27,154 bases of DNA from a bacterium (GCA_044868695.1 JBIOWP010000130.1:1-27154); one strand, 5' to 3'. Shown: positions 6,561 through 16,254, counted from the first letter of the stretch. The notes: a model not told the origin generated them from the letters alone. Program-made: numbers and translations.

Positions 6561-6910
6561 TGGTGGAGGCGGTGGGAATCGAACCCACGTCCTGGGATTG
6601 CGAGGGCGGGACGTCTACGCGTGTATCTCAGGGATGGGATCTCGCGGTCGGAAGCTCCCCCGAGCCGGATCCTCCGCACGCCAGCCCGTTAGGATTCCCG
6701 CCCGGCGTTCGGACAGCGCGCCGTACGGTAGCCGGCTGTTGGCGCCCATCCCGGACCACCGGCCCTTCCGGGTAGACGTACGCTGCTACTTAGGCAGCGT
6801 AGGCGTACTGTGTATTGGCGGTTATTCGCCGTCCAGGTATTTAACGAGGGCCCGGACCACCTCGACGCGCAGCCTCGCTTCTGCCATCCTAGTCGAGACC
6901 GTTCGCCCCC
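6561..6910 (-). ncRNA. ssrA: tmRNA
   Basis: 5' GGGGGCGAACGGTCTCGAC, 3' GGGTTCGATTCCCACCGCCTCCACCA with a G3-U pair. Tag ORF at 6819-6790 encodes ANTQYAYAA*. 350 nt long, with smpB nearby. Confidence 0.97.
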
Positions 6911-6920
6911 TTACACAATA

Positions 6921-6929
6921 ACTATACCA
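6921..6929 (-). promoter_or_regulatory. Extended -10 promoter of ssrA
   Basis: TGGTATAGT 10 nt upstream of the mature 5' end. Confidence 0.55.
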
Positions 6930-7006
6930 CGCTGTACCGGGGCGACTACCACCTGAGGCTCAGAGAATTGGGAAGATTGTGTGGATCGTGTGGATTGGGT
7001 CGGTGG

Positions 7007-7822
7007 TTATGTGGCGAGCAGCGCGGATCCCTTGACCGGGTCGAACTGCATCTCGTCCGCCGGCTCGGTCCGGATGCGGCCGAGGCGTGTGCGGCGGCGC
7101 CTCTCGATGCGGACCCGCCCCGCCTGACAGATCGGACACTGGTGCACGGCAATCCGCATCCAGTACCGGTCACCCGACGCGACTCTGCCGGCCCGCACCC
7201 GGGCCAGCACGGCACGTGCTTCGATCGGCCTGCGCTGGTTGATCGCGGTCTCCCACTCCTGCACGGCATTGACGTTGGAGCTTTCCACAAGGTGCTTCAG
7301 TTCGTAGAAGCGGCGATTCCTCCAGCAGAATGGCACACCCGTCAGATAGGAGATGGACCAGCCCGTCGCCACGATGGCCGCCAGGACCTCGATCAGCAGC
7401 CGCACCATTCCCAGCCATGAGGTCACCCAGCCAGGGAGCACGACGCTCCACGGCAGTTGGGTGAGGATCGCTGCGGCGCCTTGCTCAATCAGCATTTGCG
7501 TATACGTCAGGATGCCGACCACACCGCCCGGAGCGGCAGTCGCCGCGGCACGCATCTCGAAGGCCACGTAATCGAGGAGCATCGCCCCGGCGTAGGCCGA
7601 GGCACCGCCGAGCTGCGCGAAGATGCGCGTTCCCGCAGTGTCGTATCCGGACGTGAGCCTGATCGAGACGGCGACGCCAATCGCGGCCCCGATACCGATG
7701 AGCACCCCGCCGACCGGAATCGCTCCCAGCAGGTGGAAATGCGCCAGCGACACTGCGTGGGCCAGATACGCCGTCGCAGCGCTGCAGATCGTTGCCAGAA
7801 GGATCGTCAGAACTCCGGACAC
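7007..7822 (-). CDS. Hypothetical membrane protein with C-terminal CxxC domain
   Basis: About four hydrophobic helices, then PFCW and QCPIC. Purine-rich RBS before the GTG. Confidence 0.75.
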   Translation of the reverse strand: MSGVLTILLATICSAATAYLAHAVSLAHFHLLGAIPVGGVLIGIGAAIGVAVSIRLTSGYDTAGTRIFAQLGGASAYAGAMLLDYVAFEMRAAATAAPGGVVGILTYTQMLIEQGAAAILTQLPWSVVLPGWVTSWLGMVRLLIEVLAAIVATGWSISYLTGVPFCWRNRRFYELKHLVESSNVNAVQEWETAINQRRPIEARAVLARVRAGRVASGDRYWMRIAVHQCPICQAGRVRIERRRRTRLGRIRTEPADEMQFDPVKGSALLAT

Positions 7823-7874
7823 ACCTCTCCCCCCCTTCCCTACTGGTGTGCCCGGCTCTTAAGAGGTTCAGACG

Positions 7875-8333
7875 TTATCCACGGCGGCGTACGGCCTTTT
7901 CGATCCTCCGCTGAGCCTCGCGCGCTTCGATGGCTGCGCGCTTGTCGTATTGCCGCTTCCCGCGGGCCACGGCGAGTTCCACTTTGGCCACTCCCCGCTT
8001 GAAATACAGGCGGAGCGGCACCAGCGTGTACCCTTTTTGCTGCACACGGCCGAAGAGCCGGCGGATTTCGCCCCGGTGCAGGAGGAGCTTACGCCGGCGC
8101 AGCGGGTCGTGATTGAAGATGCTGCCGGCTTCATAGGGAGGGATGTGCACGTGGTACAACCACACTTCACCGTTCTCGACGCGCGCGTACGCCTCTCCAA
8201 TACTGGCGCGCCCGGCGCGCAGCGACTTGACCTCGGTCCCGGTCAGCGCCACCCCGGCTTCATACGTCTCCTCGATGTGATACTCGTAGCGCGCCCGGCG
8301 ATTGGTCGCCACGTTCGTGTCAGGGTCGTCCAT
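7875..8333 (-). CDS. smpB: SsrA-binding protein
   Basis: [38 protein letters not shown]. Confidence 0.98.
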   Translation of the reverse strand: MDDPDTNVATNRRARYEYHIEETYEAGVALTGTEVKSLRAGRASIGEAYARVENGEVWLYHVHIPPYEAGSIFNHDPLRRRKLLLHRGEIRRLFGRVQQKGYTLVPLRLYFKRGVAKVELAVARGKRQYDKRAAIEAREAQRRIEKAVRRRG

Positions 8334-8588
8334 CTACTTGAACTGCGCCCCGACCCCGACGAGGAGGAGACCGACGATCGCGGCGGCGATCTCAACGACA
8401 CGGGTGGACGGCTGTCCCATCCCGCCGCCCACGGCGGCGATTGCCACGAGGACGAGAATGAGCCACCCCGCGGTTTCGACGAAGGCCCCAAACGAGGTCG
8501 GACGGGTCTTGCGGAAGTAAGCCAGGTGGTGGGCGACGACGATCGCCAGCCCCCCGGAGGCGACGAGGATCCACAGCACCTCGCTCAC
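8334..8588 (-). CDS. Small membrane protein
   Basis: 84 aa with three hydrophobic segments. Fills the gap exactly, with a GTGA overlap to the upstream gene. Confidence 0.7.
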   Translation of the reverse strand: MSEVLWILVASGGLAIVVAHHLAYFRKTRPTSFGAFVETAGWLILVLVAIAAVGGGMGQPSTRVVEIAAAIVGLLLVGVGAQFK

Positions 8589-8977
8589 GCGCCGTTCCTC
8601 ACAGAGACAAATCCTATTCCTTCTGCGACGACAACGCCGTCGGCGCGCGCCACGGTTGCCCGAGCTGTTTTGAGGCCGCCCTTCGCGCCGGTCGGCTTCG
8701 CCGTGACGACCAGCCGATCTCCCGGCTTGGCTTCGCGCCGGAACCGCACCTCGATCTTGGCTGTCACCGCCTCCTGCCCGCGGACGAACCAGATGTTGGC
8801 GAGCGCGTCATCGATCAGCGCCGCCAGGATCCCGCCGTGCACCAAGCCTTCGTAGCCGGCATGCAGCTCGGACGGCGTGAACTCGGCACGCACGCCCGTA
8901 TCCGCGCGGGCAAACTTCAACTTCAGCCCGATGGGGTTGTCCTGCCCGCACACGAAGCACCGGTTGGCAGCCCGCAT
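8585..8977 (-). CDS. PaaI/hotdog-fold thioesterase
   Basis: CFVCGQDNPIGLKL..GYEGLVHGGILAALIDD. Start placed at ATG 8977. Confidence 0.9.
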   Translation of the reverse strand: MRAANRCFVCGQDNPIGLKLKFARADTGVRAEFTPSELHAGYEGLVHGGILAALIDDALANIWFVRGQEAVTAKIEVRFRREAKPGDRLVVTAKPTGAKGGLKTARATVARADGVVVAEGIGFVSVRNGA

Positions 8978-8979
8978 TC

Positions 8980-9513
8980 CTACCCCGTCTCCTTGGCGTC
9001 GTGCGACCTGCCCCACTCGCGAGGCGTTTCCCGGAGCAGTTCGACCGCATGGTGGAGAACCGGAAGGATGACGTCCAGCCACTCGCGGACGGCCTTCGGG
9101 CTGCCGGGGAGATTCACGATCAACGTGCGGCCGCGCACCCCCGCCACCCCGCGCGACAGCATCGCCAGCGGCGTCTGCGGAAGGGTCCGGCTCCGCGCGG
9201 CCTCGACGATGCCGGGCACCAGTCGCTCGACGACCTCCAGTGTGGCCTCGGGCGTGACATCGCGGGCGGCAAGTCCGCTGCCGCCGGTGGTCAGGACAAG
9301 GTCGGCCCGGAGCTCGTCCGCATAGGTGCGGAGACGGCGGCTGATCTGCTCGGCCGCGTCCGGCAGGATATCTCTGGCGACAACTGTGGCTCCCAACGGC
9401 GTCAGCGCCTGCGCCACGATGTCGCCGCTGGTATCGGCGTGCTCTCCACGCGCGATGGAGTCGCTCAGCGTCAGCACGGCGACCCGGACCCCGTCCAGGC
9501 CGCGGGTGGTCAC
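8980..9513 (-). CDS. moaB: MogA/MoaB molybdopterin adenylyltransferase family
   Basis: LTLSD..DTSG..TTGGSG..RDVTPEAT..NLPGSPKAV. GTG start overlaps the moaC stop. Confidence 0.9.
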   Translation of the reverse strand: MTTRGLDGVRVAVLTLSDSIARGEHADTSGDIVAQALTPLGATVVARDILPDAAEQISRRLRTYADELRADLVLTTGGSGLAARDVTPEATLEVVERLVPGIVEAARSRTLPQTPLAMLSRGVAGVRGRTLIVNLPGSPKAVREWLDVILPVLHHAVELLRETPREWGRSHDAKETG

Positions 9514-10001
9514 GGGCCCTCCGCCCGGTGGTAATCTCCGCTGCGGCCCCCGGACTTGCTGATGAGCCGGATTCGCTCGACGGTCATGGCCCGGTCCACA
9601 GCCTTGCACATGTCGTAGATTGTCAGCGCCGCCGCGGCCACCGCGACCATCGCCTCCATCTCCACACCCGTGGGCGCCACGGTCGTCACGTTGGCCTGGA
9701 TGGTGACGACGCCCACGCGCTCGTCAAGCGTGAAGGTGAGGTCCACGCCGGTCAGCGGCAGCGGGTGGGCCAGCGGGATCAGCTCGTCGGTGCGCTTGGC
9801 CGCCTGGACACCGGCGATGTGAGCCACCGCCAGCACGTCGCCCTTGCCGAGGGCGTGGGCCTTGATGGCCTCGAGGGTTTCCGGAAGCATGTGGACCTCG
9901 CCGCGGGCCACCGCCTGCCGCACGGTCGGCGGCTTCCCGGACACGTCGACCATCTTTGCCCTGCCGTGCGCGTCCAGATGCGTGAGGCGCTTTCTAACCA
10001 A
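9510..10001 (-). CDS. moaC: Cyclic pyranopterin monophosphate synthase
   Basis: LTHLD..MVDVS..KGDVL..LIPLAHP..TGVEMEA..YDMCKAVD..KSGG. Confidence 0.96.
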   Translation of the reverse strand: MVRKRLTHLDAHGRAKMVDVSGKPPTVRQAVARGEVHMLPETLEAIKAHALGKGDVLAVAHIAGVQAAKRTDELIPLAHPLPLTGVDLTFTLDERVGVVTIQANVTTVAPTGVEMEAMVAVAAAALTIYDMCKAVDRAMTVERIRLISKSGGRSGDYHRAEGP

Positions 10002-11235
10002 GCAGGCTCACCTCGACCTCTGCGCCTTCCTCCAGCGTGGTGCGCTCCGGCACGACGACGAGTCCATCCGCTCGCACCATCGACGTGATGATCGCCGACC
10101 CGCCGGGCAAGGGGGCCGCCCAGAGACTGCCGGGCCGCGCCACCAAGGAGACGCGCACGTGGTCCTCGCGGTCGCCGGTGGTGATCTGCCGGGTCAGACG
10201 TGCCCGCACGGTGCCGCCCGGACGGGGGCTTTCACGCAGCCCCGTCAGGCCATGCATAACCGGCCGGATGAACTGGTCGAAGATGACCATGGCCGAGACG
10301 ACGTTGCCCGGCAGTCCGAACACCGGCTTCCCGCCGGCCACCGCCAGGATCGTGGGTTTGCCCGGCCGGATTGCGATCCCATGGACCACGATGCCGGGTT
10401 CTCCCAGAGCCGCGATGGCGTCGGTAACGACATCTTTGTCCCCCACCGAACTCCCGCCGGCCAGCAGCAGCGCATCGCACTGCTGGTAGGCCTGCCTGGC
10501 GCATTCCACCAGCATGGCCAGGTTGTCTCGCACGATCCCGTAGGATCTGGGAACGCCGCCGGCCTCCACGATCAGCCCGGACAGCGTGTAGCTGTTCATG
10601 TCATGGATCTGACTGCCGCGGAGCGATTGTCCAGGGGGCACCAGCTCGTCGCCCGTGACGATAGTGGCAACGCGCGGCCGCAAATACACGGTCACGTCGG
10701 GCACGTCGAGCCCGGCGAGCAGTCCCAGGTCCTGCGGGCGCAGGCGCCGGCCGGGCCGCAGGATCACTTCGCCCGCTCTCACATCGGCGCCCCGGCGGAC
10801 GACGTTGTCGGCGGGCTTCACCGGTCGTTCGATGGAGACGGCTCCATCCTTGCGGACGACGTGCTCCTGCATCACGACCGCGTCGGCCCCGTCCGGCAGC
10901 ATCCCCCCGGTGGGAATCCGCGCCGTCTGCCCCCGATCCACCGCGAACGGCACCGCTCCGCCCATCGCCACCTCTCCCACGACGTCGAGGGTCACGGGCC
11001 TGCCGGAGGACGCCAGGGTCGTGTCGTGCGCGCGGACCGCGAACCCGTCCACGGTCGATCGGTCGAACGCCGGCAGATCCGTTGACGCCCGGACGTCCTG
11101 AGCCAGGATGCGGTGCAGCGCCTCAGGCAGGCCCACCCGCTCCGTCCCCAGCGGCTCCGGCCGGTAGGCCCGCGCAAAAACCTCACGGGCTTCCTGCGGC
11201 GTCATGAGCTTCGTAAAGGCTTTCATAGGCGGCAT
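9994..11235 (-). CDS. moeA: Molybdopterin molybdotransferase
   Basis: PAFDRSTVDGFAV, IPTGGMLPDGADAVVMQE, TGDEL, GGSSVG, RPGKP, GLPGN. Confidence 0.95.
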   Translation of the reverse strand: MPPMKAFTKLMTPQEAREVFARAYRPEPLGTERVGLPEALHRILAQDVRASTDLPAFDRSTVDGFAVRAHDTTLASSGRPVTLDVVGEVAMGGAVPFAVDRGQTARIPTGGMLPDGADAVVMQEHVVRKDGAVSIERPVKPADNVVRRGADVRAGEVILRPGRRLRPQDLGLLAGLDVPDVTVYLRPRVATIVTGDELVPPGQSLRGSQIHDMNSYTLSGLIVEAGGVPRSYGIVRDNLAMLVECARQAYQQCDALLLAGGSSVGDKDVVTDAIAALGEPGIVVHGIAIRPGKPTILAVAGGKPVFGLPGNVVSAMVIFDQFIRPVMHGLTGLRESPRPGGTVRARLTRQITTGDREDHVRVSLVARPGSLWAAPLPGGSAIITSMVRADGLVVVPERTTLEEGAEVEVSLLG

Positions 11236-12413
11236 CAGATCACGTTCAACGCTCGTCCGACCTGCTCGAAGGCATCGAGCGCCCGCTGGAGGTGAGTGCG
11301 GGTGTGGGCGGCGGTGACGATGGTGCGGACCCGGGCCTTCCCGCGCGGCACGGTGGGAAACGCGATCCCCAGCGCAAAGACGCCGGCAGAAAACAGCCGG
11401 TCCGAGAGGTCCATGGTCTGACGTTCATCGCCGATGATGACGGGGGTGATCGGTGTTTCGCTTGCGCCGGTGTTGAACCCCAACTGGGTGAGCCCCTTCT
11501 TGAAGAACCGGGTGTTGTCCCACAGGTGCTCGACGAGCTCAGGTTCCTCTTGCACGAGCCGGACCGCCGCAAGCGCCGACGCCGCGACCGAGGGCGGATG
11601 AGACGTTGAGAACAGCAGGGGGCGCGCGCGGTGAATGAGATAATCGATCAACACGCGGCTGCCGGCCACGTATCCCCCCTGGCACGCGAAGGCTTTCGAC
11701 AGGGTCCCCACCTGGACGTGCACCCGCCCGTGCAGGCTGAAATGGTCGACGGTGCCGCGGCCGTGCTGGCCCATCACGCCGCTGGCGTGCGCGTCGTCCA
11801 CCATCATGATGGCCCCGAATTCCTCGGCTAGTTCGACGAGCTCCGGCAGGGGAGCCACATCGCCGTCCATGCTGAACACCCCATCGGTGATCAGCAGCCG
11901 GTGCCGGGCCCCGCGGGACTCTTCCAGCAGCCGGCGCGCGGACGCGACGTCCTTGTGGGGGAAAATCTTCTTGTCCGCGCCGGAGAGCCTTGCCCCATCA
12001 ATGATGCTGGCATGATTCAGCTCGTCGCTGATGATGATGTCCTCTTTCCCCAGCAGGGCTGCCACGGTCCCCGCGTTGGCGGTGAACCCCGACTGGTAGA
12101 GGAGCGTCGCCTCCGTGTGCTTGTAACGCGCGAGCTCCTCCTCCAGCTCCTTGTGAATCGCCATGTTCCCCGCAATCGTCCGCACGGCGCCTGATCCAAC
12201 GCCGAGTTCGTCGACCGCGCGACGCGCCGCGGCCTTCAGCCTGGCGTGGCTGGCCAGCCCCAGATAGTTGTTCGAGCACAGATTAATCACTTCACGGCCG
12301 TCGTATCGCGCGACCGGCTCCTGGGGCCCTTCCAGGAGGCGGGGCCAGCGGAACAGGCCCCGCTCTCTCAGTTCGTCAAGTTCTCGCTCGAGATAGTGGA
12401 GTGGATGCGTCAT
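11235..12413 (-). CDS. kbl: Glycine C-acetyltransferase (2-amino-3-ketobutyrate CoA ligase; BioF-like PLP enzyme)
   Basis: NLCSNNYLGL, LNHASIIDG, DGVFSMDGD, DDAH, GTLSKA. Adjacent to tdh. Confidence 0.9.
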   Translation of the reverse strand: MTHPLHYLERELDELRERGLFRWPRLLEGPQEPVARYDGREVINLCSNNYLGLASHARLKAAARRAVDELGVGSGAVRTIAGNMAIHKELEEELARYKHTEATLLYQSGFTANAGTVAALLGKEDIIISDELNHASIIDGARLSGADKKIFPHKDVASARRLLEESRGARHRLLITDGVFSMDGDVAPLPELVELAEEFGAIMMVDDAHASGVMGQHGRGTVDHFSLHGRVHVQVGTLSKAFACQGGYVAGSRVLIDYLIHRARPLLFSTSHPPSVAASALAAVRLVQEEPELVEHLWDNTRFFKKGLTQLGFNTGASETPITPVIIGDERQTMDLSDRLFSAGVFALGIAFPTVPRGKARVRTIVTAAHTRTHLQRALDAFEQVGRALNVI

Positions 12414-12421
12414 GGTCGCCC

Positions 12422-13447
12422 CTACACATAGAGTATCACTTTGCCCGCGGCCCCCGTGCGGAGCAGGTCAAACGCTTCCTCGAACCGCTCCAGCGGAAAC
12501 CGGTGCGTGATCACCGGGGTCACATCGAGCCCGTTTCGCAGCAGCGCCGTCCCCTGCTCCCACGTCTGCCAGATCCTGCGGCCGAAAATCCCCGCCAGAT
12601 GCGCGCCTTTAAAGATCACGCCGTTGGCAAGGTCGACGGACACATTGGCCCCCGGCAGGCCCAGCACCGACACCCATCCGCCGTTTCGCAGGACGGCCAG
12701 CCCGTCGGCCAGACCCCGCTCGGATCCCGACATCTCCAGCACCACGTCCACGCCCTCGCCGCCCGCCGCCTCGCGGATGCGTTGGACGACGTCCGGCCCG
12801 CGGGCATCGATCACCAGATCGGCGCCCATCCGCCGCGCCAGGGCCAGACGCGCCTCGGAGATGTCGGTGGCCGCGACGAACACGGCACCGGCGAGATGGC
12901 AGATCGCGACGGCCATCAGGCCGATCGGCCCGCAGCCAATGATGGCGACACGCCGGGCCACGAGCGGCGTTTCCAGCGCCGCGTGGACCGCGTTGCCCAG
13001 CGGGTCCATGATCGCGGCGACGTCTCGAGGGATGCTGGGATCGATCTTCCAGGCATTGGACGCCGGCATCGCCACGTACTCTGCGAACGCGCCGTCCCGG
13101 TCGATCCCGATGACGGCGAGATGTTCGCAGACGTGGGACATCCCGTCGCGGCAGGCCCGGCACCGGCCGCACGCGACGTGCCCCTCCCCGCTGATGAAAT
13201 CGCCGGCGGCCACGCCGGTCACGCCCGGCCCGATCTCCGCCACCGTGCCGCAGAATTCGTGCCCGATCACCCGCGGCGGCACGATGCGGGAGCGGGCCCA
13301 CGGATCCCAGGCATAGATGTGGAGGTCGGTCCCGCAGATGCCGCCGGCAAACACCCTGACCAGGATCTCCCCGGGCCCGGGCCGCGGCACGGGCACCTGG
13401 GCAAGCTCCAGCCCGGGTCCTGCGTCGGGTTTGATCAGCGCTTTCAT
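12422..13447 (-). CDS. tdh: L-threonine 3-dehydrogenase
   Basis: GICGTDLHIY.WD.W, GHEF, EGH..CGRCRAC..C, DPLGNAVH, GCGPIG. Alternative GTG start at 13465. Confidence 0.93.
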   Translation of the reverse strand: MKALIKPDAGPGLELAQVPVPRPGPGEILVRVFAGGICGTDLHIYAWDPWARSRIVPPRVIGHEFCGTVAEIGPGVTGVAAGDFISGEGHVACGRCRACRDGMSHVCEHLAVIGIDRDGAFAEYVAMPASNAWKIDPSIPRDVAAIMDPLGNAVHAALETPLVARRVAIIGCGPIGLMAVAICHLAGAVFVAATDISEARLALARRMGADLVIDARGPDVVQRIREAAGGEGVDVVLEMSGSERGLADGLAVLRNGGWVSVLGLPGANVSVDLANGVIFKGAHLAGIFGRRIWQTWEQGTALLRNGLDVTPVITHRFPLERFEEAFDLLRTGAAGKVILYV

Positions 13448-13484
13448 CGCTGAACGCGGCGGCACAGGAGGCGCCCGGACGGGC

Positions 13485-15215
13485 TCAGGCGGATCGGGGT
13501 GCCGGGGCGCCTCCGTGCGGCACCGCGGACGGCGCGGCCAGAAAGCCGCGGTAGGTATCCAGCGTTACCCGGAGGCTCTGCGGCTGCTCGGCGACGAGGC
13601 GCGCGATGAGATTCATGGTCCACCCCACCGCTTCTTTGCGACCCTTCACCTGCGGATCGGACGTGAGCACGGTGTTCATCGCGTAGCAGCTGCATGCGCG
13701 GTGCAGCACCCGGAACAGCTCAAATTCCTCACGCAGGGTCTCGGGGACGTCGGGGCGGCGTTCAAACGTCCGGGAGAGATCCTCGCTGGTGACCCCGCCG
13801 CGCCGCGCCTTCACCTCATCCTCAAGCGAGAGGATGAACGCCTTCTCCGCGTCATCGTCGACGGCGCGGTACGCATTGTACGCGACCTCGCGCTTCCGAT
13901 CGGGCGTCTCGCCGATCAGCAGGGCGCCCATGAACTGCGGCAGACTCAGCCGCTCCGCGACCGTCCTGTCCGAGCGGTCCCGGCGCAGCAGGAAGACGGT
14001 GGACAGGCGGGCGGGCTCCATCGGGTTCGCAAAGATGCGCTCCGCCGGCAGCACTTTGCCGATATCCAGCATCGCGCGGGCATTGTCGAACGCCATCAGG
14101 CGGCCCAGCAGGTGTTTCAGGTCCTGGGGGGTCTGCCCGGCGAAGTACTCGGTCACCTCTCCGCCCTCGGCACGGATGGCGTCCACCAGATCGTCCATCA
14201 ATTCCGCCTGCTGCGCGAGATACTCGGGAGTCACCTCCGGCACGTTCTCCATCTTGGACCGCAGCAGCTGCATGGCCGACAGCGGGAAGTTCTCAACGAG
14301 GTTTGTGCGGAGGTAGAAGATCTTCTCTGAGGTAAAGGCGTACGCCTCAACCGGCGCGCTGAAGTCCAGCGCCGTCACCGGCACGGTCACCTCGTGGTTC
14401 TCCAGATCCATTCCCCTCACCGTGGCAGCGGCATGCCCCCGGACATCCGATTCCAGCCAGCGAAACACGGGATACCCCCGCAGTTCCGCGCCGTCGGGCA
14501 GGCGGACGGCCATCGGGTGGAGGCGGCGGCCGTCGGCCGTCCGGTACGTGTACCGGACGTAGACCCAGTCGTCGGAGTGGAACCGGGTATGCGGAAACTC
14601 GACCAGGCCGTAGGAAGAAGTGCTCTTCCCTGTCCCGGTCGGCGCGACATAGAGGATCCCCTGGCCATCCTTCTCCACGCAGGCGCCGTGGATCGAGTGA
14701 ATCCCGTGCTCCTCGGCCAGCACCCGGCCGACGGCCCCCAGAACCCAGCTCTTCAGCTGCCCGTAGTAGGCGGTGTTGAAAAAGATGATCGTATTAGACC
14801 GGCGGCTGTAATACGCGGCCTCTGGCTGATCCGTGATCCCGCCGAGCGCGTACACGCTGACCTGCGGCTCGCGCGGAGGCGTGAGACCCGTGACCGCGCT
14901 CCATTCCTCGGGGCTGTACCAGTTGTCCACCCAGAAGTCGTGCAGGTGCGCGGAGTTCGTCGTCGCCCGCACGCGCACGCCGTGGATGACGACATCGTGC
15001 CGGAACACCAGGGACCGTCCCGCGTGCTTGGTCAAATAGGATACCGCCGCGTCCACCAAGGCGTCCCGCCGCCCTTCCACGCGGTCGATCGACTTGTCGT
15101 GGATGGCGGTCCGGGTCTTCGTGCGGGTGATCACACTGCCCGCCCCGATCGCGACGCCCGGCCATTCGATCGCGTCGGGTGCCGGCGCCGGCGGGAAGGT
15201 GAACAGGTCTGACAC
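13485..15215 (-). CDS. Uncharacterised PEPCK/HPr-kinase-like P-loop protein
   Basis: HSIHGACV..APTGTGKST..FHSDDW is the H / P-loop / DD signature of the PEPCK-HPrK superfamily. GGAGG RBS. Confidence 0.7.
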   Translation of the reverse strand: MSDLFTFPPAPAPDAIEWPGVAIGAGSVITRTKTRTAIHDKSIDRVEGRRDALVDAAVSYLTKHAGRSLVFRHDVVIHGVRVRATTNSAHLHDFWVDNWYSPEEWSAVTGLTPPREPQVSVYALGGITDQPEAAYYSRRSNTIIFFNTAYYGQLKSWVLGAVGRVLAEEHGIHSIHGACVEKDGQGILYVAPTGTGKSTSSYGLVEFPHTRFHSDDWVYVRYTYRTADGRRLHPMAVRLPDGAELRGYPVFRWLESDVRGHAAATVRGMDLENHEVTVPVTALDFSAPVEAYAFTSEKIFYLRTNLVENFPLSAMQLLRSKMENVPEVTPEYLAQQAELMDDLVDAIRAEGGEVTEYFAGQTPQDLKHLLGRLMAFDNARAMLDIGKVLPAERIFANPMEPARLSTVFLLRRDRSDRTVAERLSLPQFMGALLIGETPDRKREVAYNAYRAVDDDAEKAFILSLEDEVKARRGGVTSEDLSRTFERRPDVPETLREEFELFRVLHRACSCYAMNTVLTSDPQVKGRKEAVGWTMNLIARLVAEQPQSLRVTLDTYRGFLAAPSAVPHGGAPAPRSA

Positions 15216-15395
15216 GAATGCCTCCTGACGCGGGACTAATCGAGTTCCCCTTCGACGCTGTGCAGAGGGGTCCTTGCCCGGCGCTCCGGACGGGATACAG
15301 TCGCGTTACACGTCCGTGACAGGCTGAGTATCCCCGCAGTAGACTATACGCAGAAACTGAGGCGCGCCGCATCGGCGCGCAGGGGGAGCGTAGTC

Positions 15396-15839
15396 ATGCC
15401 ACACCGCACCGCCGCGATCGTGATCATCACCATCGTGTTGTGGGGAGGGAGTGCCGCCGGCCCGCGCTCGACCCAGGCCGCCGGCGGCGCGGATGCCGCC
15501 GGGGTCCAGCTGGGAACCGCCATCCTGCATGCCCGCAATGCCGCCGGCTCGGGCGCGATGAGTGCGGCCGTCAGCCACCTCGGGCACGTGCTGAACTGCA
15601 TTGAGGGAACCAAGGGCAAGAACTTCAACGCATCGTGGGGCCACGTCTGTGAGGGCCAGGGTAACGGCATCCTGGTCGACATCAAGGACGCCAAGAACGC
15701 CGGCGCCGTGCAGCTCGTCCTGGACGCCGCCGACACGCTGGCCACCAACGGCGTCAAAGCCCGTGACCTAGCCGCCGTTCAAAACGCGGCGCGCGGCGTG
15801 GCGGCCCTGCTGCAGGTTGTCGGCGATGGCCTGCGCTGA
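15396..15839 (+). CDS. Secreted helical protein with His/Cys motifs
   Basis: Signal peptide; HLGHVLNCIEG and WGHVCEGQGNG. TGATG coupling to the next gene. Confidence 0.75.
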   Translation: MPHRTAAIVIITIVLWGGSAAGPRSTQAAGGADAAGVQLGTAILHARNAAGSGAMSAAVSHLGHVLNCIEGTKGKNFNASWGHVCEGQGNGILVDIKDAKNAGAVQLVLDAADTLATNGVKARDLAAVQNAARGVAALLQVVGDGLR

Positions 15840-16243
15840 TGCCGCTCCTGTACCACCCCCTGGTGGTGCACTTCCCAGTGGCCTTGTGGCTGACGAGTTT
15901 CGCCTTCGACCTGCTGGCGTCGTGGAAGAAGGACGCGTTCTTCGCCACCGGCTCCAGATACCTGATCGGGCTGGGTCTGCTGGGCGCAGGAGTCTCGATC
16001 ATCTCCGGATTTGTCGACTACCTGCCGCTCGTGGCTGAGGGGATCGGCCAGGCGTTCGTCGACCAGCACAAGACGCACAGCCTGCTGGCCTACCTGACCA
16101 CGGTCCTGTACGGGGGGATCTTCGTGGGACGGTGGCGCTGGCGGCGGATGCCGCCGTCGGTCTCCATCGGGGCTGCGCTCGTCGCGGCCGCGCTGATCAG
16201 CGTCACCGGCTATCTAGGCGGAGAGATCCGGCGCGTCATGTAA
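15839..16243 (+). CDS. DUF2231-like membrane protein
   Basis: HPLVVHFPVAL N-terminus, four TM helices, conserved H and TGYLGG. Confidence 0.8.
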   Translation: MPLLYHPLVVHFPVALWLTSFAFDLLASWKKDAFFATGSRYLIGLGLLGAGVSIISGFVDYLPLVAEGIGQAFVDQHKTHSLLAYLTTVLYGGIFVGRWRWRRMPPSVSIGAALVAAALISVTGYLGGEIRRVM

Positions 16244-16254
16244 TTCGGAACTAC

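Larger units (their letters stand above)
28..6583. mobile_element. ssrA-integrated genomic island (about 6.5 kb, degenerate/mosaic)
   Basis: Bounded by the exact repeat TGGTGGAGGCGGTGGGAATCGAA (28-50, 6561-6583), which is the tmRNA 3' end. Contains an integrase remnant, a Xis-like HTH, a second tyrosine recombinase and lower-GC cargo. Confidence 0.85.

Noticed and set aside
6359..6921. ORFs overlapping ssrA and the att arm
   Set aside because: They are explained by the tmRNA, terminator and att features.
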